A stretch of 63,150 bases of DNA, counting the filler, from Choristocarpus tenellus KU-1152 (taxonomy: Eukaryota; Protista; Phaeophyceae), in the NCBI GenBank assembly GCA_964200185.2. It is 12 parts of 12 records of this genome, joined end to end, with 100 filler letters (N's around TTAATTAATTAA, not from the genome) between each part and the next. Parts side by side here need not be neighbours in the genome. Positions count along the whole stretch, not along the records: positions 25,745 to 29,542 come from CAXNAD020017864.1; positions 29,643 to 37,324 come from CAXNAD020005762.1; positions 37,425 to 41,571 come from CAXNAD020015979.1; 9 more parts are not named here. The stretch is one strand, 5' to 3'. Of this stretch, positions 25,745-38,894 are shown piece after piece. The notes beneath the pieces were generated by a model, which did no database searches, was not told the DNA's origin, and worked only from the letters and a program-made list of their open reading frames with translations. The number at the start of each line of letters is the position of its first letter. The first letter of the stretch is position 1. A program made the position numbers and the translations under genes.

Positions 25745-28700
25745 GGTTCCCCGCGCGCGTATACTGCTCGCGCCGGTTAAAGCGCGGGAAGAAATACTCA
25801 CGCTATTCGCCTGTGACATGCCCCTCAGTGTGAACTAGGTACACATGTTTCATGCTTACCACAGTCGATTTTCACCAGTTAAGACAATAGGTATTACCTG
25901 TCACCTCAGATCACGCTGTAGCAGCATGGGTTGGTTGCCAATGAACAAAAGAGGGGCTCCCGTTCCAAACTTGCCACTTGTTTCCAACACAGGGACCTCG
26001 GTTCCAAATTAACCAGATATTTCCAACACATGATTGACATATCTTCCAGTTTCTTTTTAAAGGGTACTTCCTCAAAAGTCTTAAGACACAGTCAGAATCA
26101 ATAAAATCTGAGCTAATCAGAGCATATATTTTTATCTTAAATATATGACTTCAACTAGGTCCAGAATCGATCAACACATATCCATGTTTTTCTTGGGATA
26201 ATTTATCCTAAGAGGCACAGAATATAATTTGCATCTCGGCTAGTCTGAGTGTGTACTTGCTCTTTCTAAAACATCTTCAAAAGCTGCAAAGTATACATCT
26301 CTGACATGGCCTAAAAAGAATGGGACCGCAGTTCCGATCACCTTATTCATAAATGTGATTCATCTCCACAACTCTTTCAAAAAGAGTCCATCCACAAGGT
26401 CATAGGATGTACTATTATTCAAATTGTGTCTGTCTAACCTAAATATACCTGTTCTTTTAAGCTGAGACTTCAGGTTAATAAAATGAAGAAAATAAAAATA
26501 AAACAAAAGAAAAATGTATCCTATATAACAATGTTTACTACAAGTGATTGTCACTGGTGAAGACAATAGACATCATCAATCGCCTCAGATCATCCTGTAG
26601 TAGAGAGAAGGAAGAGCAAAAAATATGCCCAACTCCTACTAGGCCTTAACATGTATCCCTATCTTACTTGGGGAAATCTGTCTGCGTCTAGCCTAATTCT
26701 GAGAATATATTCATTCTCTCTCAAGTACAGCGTTCCTATAGAGTGCCAAGTATCATCTGGTTATTGCCGAAAATATGCCCAACTCTTACTAGGCCTAAAC
26801 ATGTATCCCTATCTTACTTGGGGGAATCTGTCTGCGTCTAGCCTAATCTGAGTATACCTTTGCTCTTTCTAAAGTAAAGCTTCCTTAAGGTGCTGAGTAT
26901 CATCTGATTATTGCCTGCCTCATGCCCCGCAGCACGAAGCATTCTGACGACTGCTAGTGCGTAAAACAGGCAATAACATCAACATCAGCACCCAAAATAA
27001 ATAATATATAAAATAGAGGATACAAGGGGCAGAAAAGAAAGAATTGAAGGTAGATCATAATAAGGGCGCAAGGGGATACCTGGTCTGACAGAAAGGGAGA
27101 AAGAAAAAATGACATAAAAATGAAAATAGCAAAGAAGTAAAAATGAAATTAAAAAAAATAAAAAAAAGAGGAAAAAAAAGCATCCTATGAAAGTTACTGT
27201 CTGGTCTGATATGGGTTGCTTAATATTTCTGACTTCTGCTATCCTATGTTCCATGCAGGGACTACTTGTTCCATGCTTTCTACAGGCAATAATCATTATC
27301 TGGATAATAAGTATCCATCACCTTAGATCATGCTGCGGTGGCAAGCATAATTGCCATTTGGTAACATAGGGGCTTCAGTTCAGACTCTGTCAGTTTTCTC
27401 CAACATAGGAACTCCAGTTCCAAATTAACCCATGGATTCTGAGATTCTGCAATGATCAACAATCCCCTCGTTTCCTTTGAGAACGGATCCTCAAAAGTCG
27501 TAAGGCACAGTCAAGATCAATATATGTCTGACCAGATAAGAGTATATACTTTTATTTTAAAATATATATATAACTCCAACTAGCCTCAAAACAGGTCAGC
27601 AAATGTCCTTGTTTAACCTGGGAAAACTTTCCAAAGGGTCACAGAATACCATTAGAGTCAGATTGCCCCTGGCCTAGTCTGAGTATACATTTGTTCTTTC
27701 TGAAGCACACCTTCGAAATTTACAAAGTATATATCTCTGACATGGCCTAAAATGAATGGGTCCCTAGTTCCAATCCCTCTAATTACAAATGTGATTAATT
27801 TATCCACGTTCCCTTCAAGGTGTCCATAAGGTCACATAATGCAATGTCCATTAAATTGCATGGCCTAATCCGAGTATACACTTGTTTCTTTTGAACTGTA
27901 CCTTCAAAAGTTACAAAATACATAGCTCTGATTGGGCATACAATTTGTGCGTCCTCCTTTCCAATCTTCCCGGTTATATAAATGCAAGTGCTATCAAGGA
28001 TTAGACTTATATCATTCATGACCTGTACACAGCATCTGATTATTGCCTGTCCTATATCCCCCATGCACAAAGCATACTCAAGGCTGCTAGTGCGCAAAAC
28101 AGGAATTGAGAAAAAAATGAAGATAAATAAATAGAAGGGTCAATGAGAACAACAAGTAGTACTAATAATGAATAAAGAGAAAAAAAAATGAAACAAAATG
28201 GGCAATAAATAGAAAAAAATAATATAATGTGTGGATGAGGGTAACAAAGTGGAAACTGAATAGTAAACAAAATAAAATAAATGCACAAAAAGTAATGAGG
28301 ACAAAAATAATAATAATAATAAAAAAGTCAGTAAATAAGGAGAGTAACAGCTATGAAAAGAAGATGAAACTTAAAAACCAGGGGATGAGGAGATGAGAAC
28401 TAAAAATAACATTAGAAAAACATAAGTGAGATATAGAAGATATAAAAAATATCAGGATCACAGAGAGTTCTTACAACATAGAAGAGAGGAAAATAAATAA
28501 ACAAAAACAAAAAGTATTGAGTTCAGTGGTTGTCTTTTCTAAGGATCTCAGCCTATAGAATCGATGTATATTACCGTGTGGTAAAATGTGGGCAGCTTCT
28601 TCATTCCAACTTATGCTGTTCCTTTCAGTGACTATGATTATCATTGCTTTAATCTCTTGTTCTAGCATATACCGGCTGAACCTCACCTTGTCCTTCAGGC

Positions 28701-29542
28701 ATACAGTTGTTACCTGCTGGGAGGTTTCTGGAGGAGGAGCTCGTCTCTCTCCTGCTGAATTCCTCCTTACCTCCATCCTTCAACCATACCCTCCAGTGGG
28801 GTGACTTGAACTCTAAACTGATCTCTTCAGCTTTCATCCTTCCACAATGTTCGACACTAGTACCTATAGGGAAGATATGTAACACATCCTCTCGGGGCAA
28901 GAGCTGTTCTTGGGTGGGAACATTAGTTGGGCATGGTCTTGTGTTAGGGTTGTGAAGGTTCTAGAAGGCACGAAAAGCATCCAACTGTAGTAAGGTAAAG
29001 CTGTCCATTTCTTCTGTTTAGTTACTTAGTTTGACAATTGTCCATCTTAGAAGTTTCCTTTGTACTACAATGCCATTTGCTAAGGTCTGACAAGGGTAAA
29101 TTGTTACTGCTCGATCTTGGTGTTGGAGTGTTGACAAAAGGTACCCATGGTGGGAGTGGTGATGGTTGGGAGCTTTGACCTTCTCTAAATGACAGTTCAC
29201 TCTAGTGTTATCTACAAAATGTTACTCCTAAAAATAATTTCGTATGGCAATCCCACCACTATCCTAAAAGCCGTATTGCGCACTTTTTCCTCTGGGGAAA
29301 ACGCTATTAGAAGTTTGCATGACCTCGGTACCAGGACAGGTAGAATATTACACCCTCTGGGGTTTGCTGCATTTAAGGTACCTTTGCCTGCCATGTTCAC
29401 CTGTGGTAAGAAATTTTCACAAAAATAGATGAGACCTGCACCTGTGTCAAGGAGTACCTGGACAAGCATTCTCGAGTGGACTCTGCATGGGTGACATATC
29501 AGGGCATATGTTGTTAAAGTATCCCCAAAATCATCAAAGAGG
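25745..29542 (-). mobile_element. LTR retrotransposon derivative: Gypsy-type aspartic protease, non-coding repeat array, PPT and start of the 3' LTR
   Basis: Protease VLLDTGAG...F.IVVGLPYEII at 29212-29469; duplicated blocks at 25840-28100; TGAGGGGCA|TGTCAC junction at 25818; no RT, RNase H or integrase recognisable. Confidence 0.7.
29212..29541 (-). pseudogene. Retropepsin (Ty3/Gypsy-type aspartic protease) fragment
   Basis: LLDTGA catalytic motif and C-terminal F.VV.GLP..IIxG-like strand. Confidence 0.75.
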
Positions 29543-29642
29543 NNNNNNNNNNNNNNNNNNNNNNNNNNNNNNNNNNNNNNNNNNNNTTAATTAATTAANN
29601 NNNNNNNNNNNNNNNNNNNNNNNNNNNNNNNNNNNNNNNNNN

Positions 29643-29714
29643 AATCCATGGGAAGCCAAGCCCCACAAATGGACAAACAGGGAAAAATTCGTACCCTCTA
29701 AGATAGTTTCACTC
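29643..29714 (-). mobile_element. MITE family A, partial copy at contig start
   Basis: ...GGACAAACAGGGAAAAATTCGTACCCTCTAAGATAGTTTCACTC. Confidence 0.85.
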
Positions 29715-32373
29715 AAAGGTGAACAGCGAGGTAGGAATGGAACAGGACAGAGCTGGCTCGATTAGGGCATTAGAGTTGGGAGAACTGACAATACAACCCA
29801 ACCGTTGAGAATCGCACCAGATGATCTCAGACAGAACCCCCGCCATTAAAGAGGATATCAAAGAGAGTTGGCTCAAGTGTCAGGGTTCACATGGGAGAAC
29901 TCAAAATAGCTGGATATCGACTGGATTACAAACATAACCGAATCAATAAAGTGATAATTAGCCAACGGGTAAAACCCTAAGTGAGACTTGTCAACCTGAG
30001 ATGTGCCGCCAGAGGTGTTCCTCAAAATCAGCAAACCGAAAAACCCTTGCCAAGACTCTCAACCTGAGAGGTGTCGCTGGAGGTATCCCTTGGACCTGGT
30101 CTCCACATTAGTATAATGTAATGTGTACATAGTGAATTGCACCATTTGCATGCACGCAACTTGTAGCAACTCATTCAATGTGCTCATGTTGAGTCCATAT
30201 TCTTGGCCGATACTTCAAAACATTACTCCAATCACATAAATACAGAGTACAATTTGAATACCTATCTAGACCAAAACTGCACAGAAGAAGCTGGTGGTGA
30301 TGACAACAACAAACAATCACCTCCACCCAAATCGATAGACTCACAGTCATCAACGTACTATTCTGTACTACTTTCCTCATTTCTTCATGTATCACTTGTG
30401 CGCAGCAACACAAAATCTGAGCACGATGGAGTAATACTGGTCAACAACAGAGCTACGCTGTGCGTGGAAGTGTTTTCAAACTGCCAAAAATCAATGACAG
30501 CATGCCACCATCCTTACTTTACACTTGATGAGTAGATGATGCCTAACAGCAATTAAATGAAGCACGTAATGTACATCACTGCCACCATTGTGTCCAACAT
30601 CAGGGAGAACAAGAACGGTAGGCAACCAGAGAGAGGGAGAATCACAATTGCAACAAACAAAAACACAGTAGTTCATTCATTAACAGTGCCAATACATGCA
30701 TGATATCAAAATATAAAAAGCTACCCCCTCTCTGTAGCCTCACGTGAGTTTTTATCCCATACTGCTTGTATCTTTGTCTTAAAGGATTTTACAAATAATA
30801 GAATAGTCTTAGAGTTACGTTCTATACATCGGAGAGTCGATCATTTGATATGGACACGACACAGGGGTCATGTGGTTATGAAAATACCATTTGACACTGC
30901 AATGGAGCTGCCTGCACTTGGCAAATTGTGACCACTGACAGTCTGACCATGTCGGTTTTTCCCGAGGAATTTGATTGCCACCACATCGCACAATCATTCT
31001 TCTTGTCAAAGAAGTTGTTGCAACTATTCATAGCGCGTCACTTGATTTTTGGTCCGGAATCCTAACCCTCTACATAAATGGAATAGTGCCAATAATATAA
31101 CAAGTACGAGTACTCTCAAAGTTGTTCGTTATTACCGTAACACTTAAGTTTTTCATGTATTGTTGCAGATTATTTTGCCCACTGATGATAACGTCCAAAT
31201 GATGTCACAGAGGGAATCAGAGGAAACATGCAACGCAAAGAACAGAACCAACACTGTACTCCTCTGCATTAAAAAATCTTAGGGAATGATGACAACGAAG
31301 ACAAAAAGCCTCCTTCTCCTTTTGAAATTTCTCCAACATTTTTGCACAAGGATGGGGGTGTTCTGGCCTCGATAGATGTTTGACCACATGGACAGAGAGG
31401 AACCAAGAACAGGGCCCACACCTCCTTCAGATGCCACTAGGCGATTGACATAGAGTCCGGTTGATGGAGCATGCTAGTGCAATGCCCATCCCCCTCCTCT
31501 ACTAGATGCAACGTCTCTTAAAATGCTGTCAGTTAGTTGGTGCACCCATGTCCATGCAGTTGCATTGCCATACGAATGTGTTGACCTTTTACACACACAG
31601 CACAGTACCGACCTATTCCAAAATACTAGGTATAACAAGGACTGCACCTAGTGAATGCAAGTATTTGAAGGGACATGGTCCTGTCGGTCTTGAAAGCCTT
31701 ATCCCAACAGATAACCTATGCAGGAATTGTAAATATCAGGCATTTCCAGACTTTTTCCAACAGAAAAAAACACACACACACAAAACCAGCAACAACAGGT
31801 CAACCTGGCCATCTATCTACTAATCAATTCCAATGTTAGAGTACCCGAGGGAGACTTCTTTATTCACCTGGAGGATAACTTCTCCATTTTTGTCTACAGG
31901 AAAAATATTCTAAGATCAATAGGAGTAAGTGAATACAAAACGCCACTGAAGATAGCAGACAGAAGCCACACCAACAGGATCGCCGATCAATACGTAAGAC
32001 TACGAGTTGAAACAAACTGCTTTGAGTTTGCACTTCAACATCCCTCACCCCTTCGCTTCAATCCTTCACATGGTCAAAATATTATTTCGATGTACCAAGA
32101 AAGTTGGGAGCACCTCTCTAATGATTGAATCGCTAAAAAAAAGTAGTGAGCTCGCATGAGGTACTCCCTTCACATACACAATATGCCAGGGAACACAGTT
32201 GAGACAGTTCAAGACCAACTTGTCCACAAGCACAACTTTTAGATGGAAGGTAGAGATCTGCTCTTCCTTCCACCAATCTGAATGGCTGAATCTGCACCCA
32301 CCACCATCCTGAACTTTGTAAATTCAAGCAGTAAAAGTCCTGGTTCACACATGGGCCTTCATCAACCACTTAT

Positions 32374-34250
32374 CTATTTCCCGTAAATCCGAGCAGTAAG
32401 CTCTCCATCCATAGATGAGTCGTCTTCATCTACAGATGGAACTGCACCGACCACAGTCCTATTCCCCAATCAGAAGAGCAAGATCACAAATGAGTTGGGA
32501 TAGTTAATAAAAATGCAGAAGGCTGGGGCGTTGGTAAGCGCACAGGCCCATTCCTATTGATACACACCATATGGCAGAAAGAGTCCTTTAAAACGCAACT
32601 AGACTGTTGTCGTATGTCTGCACATTTACAAACATCAAATTCCTGACACAGAAAACAGTAATTTATCTAACCCTCAACCCCAATGCACTCAACTCAGTTC
32701 TTCACTTCCATCAACCCACGTGCTCTAGGAAGACATAATCACCTGCAATCAACTGAAAAATGACACACACACACATATATTGTCACAAGCCCAAGTTGAA
32801 CAACAGCAATAAACACCCCACTATTGTAACAAACCGGGCCTACCTGTACTCCTCCTTAAGTTGAGCTATGCTGTCTGCTAGGTCCAAGGCCTCTGCAGAG
32901 TTACCTTCTCCTTTCATTTGCTGACCTCGAAGCTTGATGGCGGTGCTAATTATCAGATCTTCAATCCTCTCTCCCTTCAACATATTCGCACAGTTGGTGT
33001 GTAAAAGGATAAAGGACACCAGGAGGGGGAAAGGTTAAGAATACAAAAAAATTATGCCAAAGCTCGAAAGCGAAGGCCCAGTGATACTGGGCATCAAGAC
33101 ATGAAAGATTGCGAACTATATGTATTCCCAGAGGAAAACCTGGGACATACCGCGACTACTCGATCGATTTGCCGCCATGTTGTAGCATTGCGTCAATTCT
33201 ATCTAAGCAGTACGCCAACTGCTCTTTCTTGGGCAATCCACTGGTGCATGAGTCTGTGTGTAGTCACAAAGCAGAATTATAGTAAAGAGGCTTACAGAAG
33301 CAGGCATATCTAGCAACTACCAACTGAATGCCTCGGTACCAAGGCCTGCAAAATAAAAAGACCACCCTCCCCATGATGGGCGTGGTTCCGTCAACTGGTC
33401 TCTTCCCCACTAATCAAGATAATTGCCTACCTCCAAGGCCTTGTCTGCTCTTTCTTCAGCAGTAAGGCTTCGGATTGCACCACTACCACATCTGAGAAGG
33501 AGGGAACAAGGGGTGGCACCATTAGGCCTTTCGGTGCGTGGTATAATCATTCTTGTTCTGGTACACACATCTTAATCGGGGCAAGGTTTTTGTAGGTCGA
33601 GGAGGAACAGGAACTCTCAAGGTGTGGAATTTCGGATTATGGGGACGTGGCAGCAAAGAGGCTACTCACAAGGTATCAAAGGGGAAACAGATTGATGAGT
33701 CCATGGGAGAAACAGTTAAGCAAAGCAACCTGCTTAAGAGATGTTGGGGGGCAATGATTGAGATTGTCGACAATAATGCAAACTGTGCCCGTCTTCAAAA
33801 CAGGCCAAACCTAGGACTAAAGAATCCATTAGAAACTTTATTACAGAATTAATCCAGAAGGGAACGATCTGACAAGCTATCGGCACTTCATGCCGAGACT
33901 GGTATGTACCATGCCCTCTCAAAAAAAAATCACCTGCAGGCATCCTGAAAGAAGCTTTCATATTCATTACGCGCAGCTGCTTCTTCGTCCGCGTATGCGT
34001 GCAGGCGACCCACCTTCCGCTTCCTACTAAGGACTATGGTAGACCAGGGAGCCTCCTCAATTGACCGACATTGGGAACTACCTAGCATATGCAACCTAAT
34101 GGGATCTATGCCAGAGATTGACGTAGTGCGGCAGAGAAAGGGCGTCAATGCGGAGGAGGGAAACAGGAAAGCATCGCCCTTCCCTAACAGGCAAACGGAC
34201 AAACATATCGCCAAGACGAGGCGAGACGCACCATGGGCGAACATGAACAT
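32374..34250 (-). CDS. Predicted plastid-targeted protein of unknown function (~197 aa), 4 exons
   Basis: Exons 33934-34250, 33431-33491, 32844-32974 and 32374-32458 splice in frame to a stop. Signal peptide LVLAICLSVCLLGKGDA|FLFP followed by a Ser/Arg-rich transit-like region. Confidence 0.8.
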
Positions 34251-35413
34251 GATCACTCCTCCTGTTACGACCTCCTCCCAACTTACTTCCCTTAACAAAT
34301 CAACGATCGCGCTCTCGCGCAGAATCAGAAAAGCGCACGACAAGGGGCGCCTAGATCGATCCCAAGTCTGCCCAGAGCAAATCATTTCAACAACACATCC
34401 TTATTCCCTTTCATTTTGGTCCAATAATATCATCACATCATAGGGCTGGAGTAACCTCGAAAGAAGGAGTGGAAACTGGACGGCATCTCCTGGGCATCGC
34501 AGACATTGCTTATTATGGGTACTAATGGTTGACGTATATGTATGTAGAAGAATCAGACTAGTGTGTCGATCTTGAATTGATCGTAACATGGAGAGTATTA
34601 TTTATTATTATTTGTGGGAAATATTTTCGATCCAAACCCAGTTAGTTCGTGTATGCACAGTTGATATTCTCCCTTCTTTCCACAAAAAAATCTCCCCATA
34701 TTTAAGCATAGGGTCTTTCTGCAATTGTACAAATGACAATTGATGCCCTTTCTTGCGATCCATACAATGCCACCCTACTTCCCTCTCAATTGGTTTGGCT
34801 CTTTTTGGAGATGATTCTTGTGTTGCATGTTCTACAATAATAGTATCAATAGTGTGTGACCGACAGGTTCTATTGGGACATAATCTCAGTCAAATCCGTT
34901 TCCGCGGGCACAACAAGTGTGTTGTGCACACATTTCTTTGTCATTATTGGTAATGTTACCACATCAATAATATCAGTCGTGGGTATGACTTGTCAATTCC
35001 CAGACATCTCGCTATCTTCGACTCACTGACATTTGCAGATGATGTTGTAGGGGGGGGGGGGGGGACAAGAAGCACGTACAATGCAAAGGATTTCAACGTG
35101 GACAACAAGAAAACAAGTTTAGGAGGAGGTGGGGGGTCTTGTCTAGTAAAACTGGTTGTAGTTTCTATCATGTGCCATTGATTATGTTCGCTTACAAATA
35201 TTATTATTACTATTTGGTACAATAATATTCGCAACTTTGAGTAAGAAAGACGAGGCAAAATATTGAGTCAGTTGTGTAGGGATGCCACTTCACCTACCTG
35301 CAGGTCAGTAGCACTAGTACTAAATTGAGATACAGGTCATCAGTAGTAGTACTTGGTGAGGAGCAAAAAAATGAAAAAAGGACGGGCAGGTACTACTGCT
35401 GGGGTTGGTTATC

Positions 35414-35700
35414 CATAAGGTGACTGAAAGCCTTACAGTGTGGACCTGGTGAGGTTTGCAGAGGTTAATAAACTTGCGATTGTTACCATCAACAACAGTA
35501 GTAGGTGACTGTAAGCCTTAGGGTGTGTCCATAAGGTGACCGAAAGCCTTAGGGTGTGGACCTGGTGATGTTTGCAGAGACGAATAAACTACAATTGTTA
35601 CCATCTACAGTAGTAGGTGACATTCTGCCTTGGGGTGTGGACCTGATGAGGTTTGCAGAGATTAATAAACTTGTGGCTGTCAACATATACAATAGTAGTT
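35414..35700 (+). repeat. Tandem repeat, ~3 x 85-105 bp
   Basis: AGGTGAC...GCCTT...GTGTGGACCTGGTGAGGTTTGCAGAG...AATAAACT...TAGTAGT repeated. Confidence 0.8.
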
Positions 35701-35876
35701 CTCCAGAAAGGGAAAAGGGCTCACACCTACTCAGATCCCAAGCAAGGGGATCGGATACTATCACATCAACTATATCCTCACTTACTTAACCAGACTGACC
35801 GACCAACCAACACCTTTGTTCAAAACGTGGTCGTGTATCCTACTTTGAAATCAGGCAACGGTATCGTATCAATACC

Positions 35877-36135
35877 AAGTGAAAGTATCTTAGAGGGTAC
35901 GAGTTTTGCCCTGTTTGTCCGTTTGGGGCTTGACTTCCCGTGCTTTTTTTTATATCCTTTTCCTGCTCCAAAATGTTTCGGAGTAGGTAAAATGTGTACG
36001 TTATGAAAAGGTGTATTCAGAACAAGGAGATTGACACTTTTTAATTAGCATGATAGTCAAAATTACATCAAAATCGCAACATTGGAATTTGGCCCCCAAA
36101 TGGACGCGGCTCTACTCTCTAAGATACTTTGGTTC
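35877..36135 (+). mobile_element. MITE family A, copy
   Basis: Full length; flanks TACC/TACC. Confidence 0.9.
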
Positions 36136-38400
36136 TACCGATATCCAGTCCACCCCAAGGGATTAGGATTGATCGGAGTATTTTTTGGACATTGTTGATC
36201 AAACAACAAGTAGTGACAGGAAAAGAACTCAGAAGTACAATGAATAACGCATGGAAACTGTTTTTTCGCCACCCTACTTGAAGCTGAAAATAAATCTTCT
36301 CGGATACTAGTCGAAACTTCATGGCTATACATTTTTTTGGCATAACGCAGATATATCGATAAGGACACACCTCCTTCAGGCTGATCCAAGTGTCTGACGT
36401 CTGTTGTGGTCTTGTAGATGGATGTTTTTTCCTTTTCTCTTTTTGTTACTATTCTCTGTTGTAGTATTTCGATCTTATCTCTTTTCTTAACGAATGGAGG
36501 GAAAACACGGACCTTAGTACAATAGGTGCTGTCCTTGACCACGGATGTGAGCAAGCTGTGTGTTTTTTCCTTCTCCATGATGACACCTTCCATCTACACG
36601 ATATTTTGTGGGTATTCTTTGCATCACGCACCAAACTAGTGCGTCCCGTCAACCAACCAACCAACCAGTAGGGGTAGAACATACTGTGAGTAGGTACGTT
36701 GTTTGTTGCTGAAATCGAAAAAAAAGTAGAAATGGACAATTAGCGAATAGGATGAGTTATTGTAATAGAGTACAAGAGAAACGAATATGAGGGAAAAATC
36801 ATCTACTTCCAAGATGTCACTTCAATCCTCTAATAATACACCTGAGTCAGGCCATGACAAATACGTGCGGTGACCCTACCTTAACATGGAAGGAACATGT
36901 GTGTATGGAGTGAGGGGGTGAGGTAGGATATATTTCCATGAAGACCCATAGTATTTTAGAGGGGGTCCAAGCGTCCATTCGGGGGCCTGTGTTACCCTGT
37001 AGTTATATTCCGTCTCATGTGAGTGAACGTGTAAGATGTGAAGGCTATTTCCTTCGTCTGAACGCACCTTCATTTTCTATACCTCTGCCCAGACCAAATC
37101 CGAAGGAAACCACCTGTTCAACAGCCATCAAATAGGGGCATTTTAGAACAACCCATCAAGCCCCAAATGGACAAACTTGACAAAGCACTCCCCGCTTTAG
37201 GATATTATGACCCTGAAAGTTGGAGTTGAAGGATTGGTGTTTTGGTTTTGAATATAATATTTCTATGTGGACTATGGAACGTAGCTCAATGTAGTACCTG
37301 TACTGGCTCAAAGTATCTGGGAGGNNNNNNNNNNNNNNNNNNNNNNNNNNNNNNNNNNNNNNNNNNNNTTAATTAATTAANNNNNNNNNNNNNNNNNNNN
37401 NNNNNNNNNNNNNNNNNNNNNNNNACAACAAAAAAATGCTTTCCCTTCAACCCAAACCCCCCACCCCAAAAAAAAAAAAAAACCCCTTCCCCCCCCCCCC
37501 CCCCCCCTTGCGAGGAAGTCAAGATTGGCCGCGAGCAGATAAACACCATCACACTAAAGTCAACACGACTACACCCTGTACAATTGGCCACAAGTTCTAG
37601 ATGACGACAGCGCAGACACTGGCATTAGTGCCCTCATTCCTCAACGCTTACATTCTCCCCCTACTATACCTCCCCTCCCCCTACAGTCAGAAACATTACC
37701 CATGCAAGACAAGGTAGTACAAAAATAAATTGTGGAGGTGACCAGTACAACACAACCAGACATTCATGCACACAAGCATACATACAAGTAAAGACAAGCT
37801 CGAAGGTCTCATCCTGACTTGTCAGGTAGAAAAGGAAGAAGCAAAGAGTATCTCATCACAACCCACTCAAACAAACACAAATTTTAAAAAAAGGGAAACA
37901 TAAGATTGGTGTCCATCTAGGGGTATGTAAGCGGTTGCATTCCATTGGTCCAATGTGTACGCATAAACTCTCCTATTGGTAAAATCGTCGCACTTCCTCT
38001 GTTCAGCATCAGCTGCAGGGTCAGGCTATACATGTACAACCTGGAATCAGTTTTTCGCTGAAACGCTAGGAATCAGAAAGATAGAATAAATCGGATCTCA
38101 ACGAGAAGTTAACTTAGGGCAACCTAACTCACAATGAGTTTTGGCAAGACCTCCCAGAAGAAAAAACGAAAATCTGACACCAATCTTGTTATGCAAGCAC
38201 CGCCTTCCCCACCAACTATTCAAACTCATGCCGAAAGGAGGTAGGTAGTACATTACATACTTTTTTTTTTAATGCTAACAAATATCACATGTACCTCACA
38301 CACACAAACTTCATCACAACACAACACTCACACACACAAAATATGCAATACTGACCATAAATAAAAAGATATGCAGACACAGACACAGAAAAAGACACAC

Positions 38401-38858
38401 CTGGACGTTCCTTGGGCCAGTGCAGCAGCATGGCATAGCTGATGCAGTGTTCAGGGAGGCGAGGCGTCTCTGCAATTGTACACATGGGGAACACCCGCTG
38501 TGGGGGGAACATGCCCAGAGAGCACTCAAAGCATGATGTGACACGAGGAAGGATCACTCGTGCCTGTCCCTTGAACCCTAGTGGTACAAAGAAGCCAACA
38601 CATATAATGTTTTTTCAGTTATGGGGGATAGGAAGGGATAGAAGAGGATAGAGGTCAGGAGGGGATGGAATGGGGGATTTATAACTTTAAAAAAATAGGG
38701 AGACAGAGATGGCCAAGAAAAAAATCTATTGAGAAATTGACCCAGGAAGTTTCAGATGGTTAAATTACACGGGAACGATACACCATTGATGTAAGCTAGG
38801 GGTATTGAGAGCAGTTGGGAGTAAGATAAAGAGTGCAAGCCAGAACTTTATTTTAAAA

Positions 38859-38894
<36 letters not shown>

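Noticed and set aside
29715-30107. Possible LTR remnant ending CTCCACA with a short internal direct repeat
   Set aside because: No partner LTR, TSD or coding domain in the window
30815-31009. CW-type zinc finger-like peptide (WSQFAKCRQ...KWYFHNH)
   Set aside because: Key cysteines are missing and there is no convincing exon structure
36135-36593. 152-aa ORF with two exon-like segments
   Set aside because: No recognisable homology; the 3' half runs through repeat-like sequence
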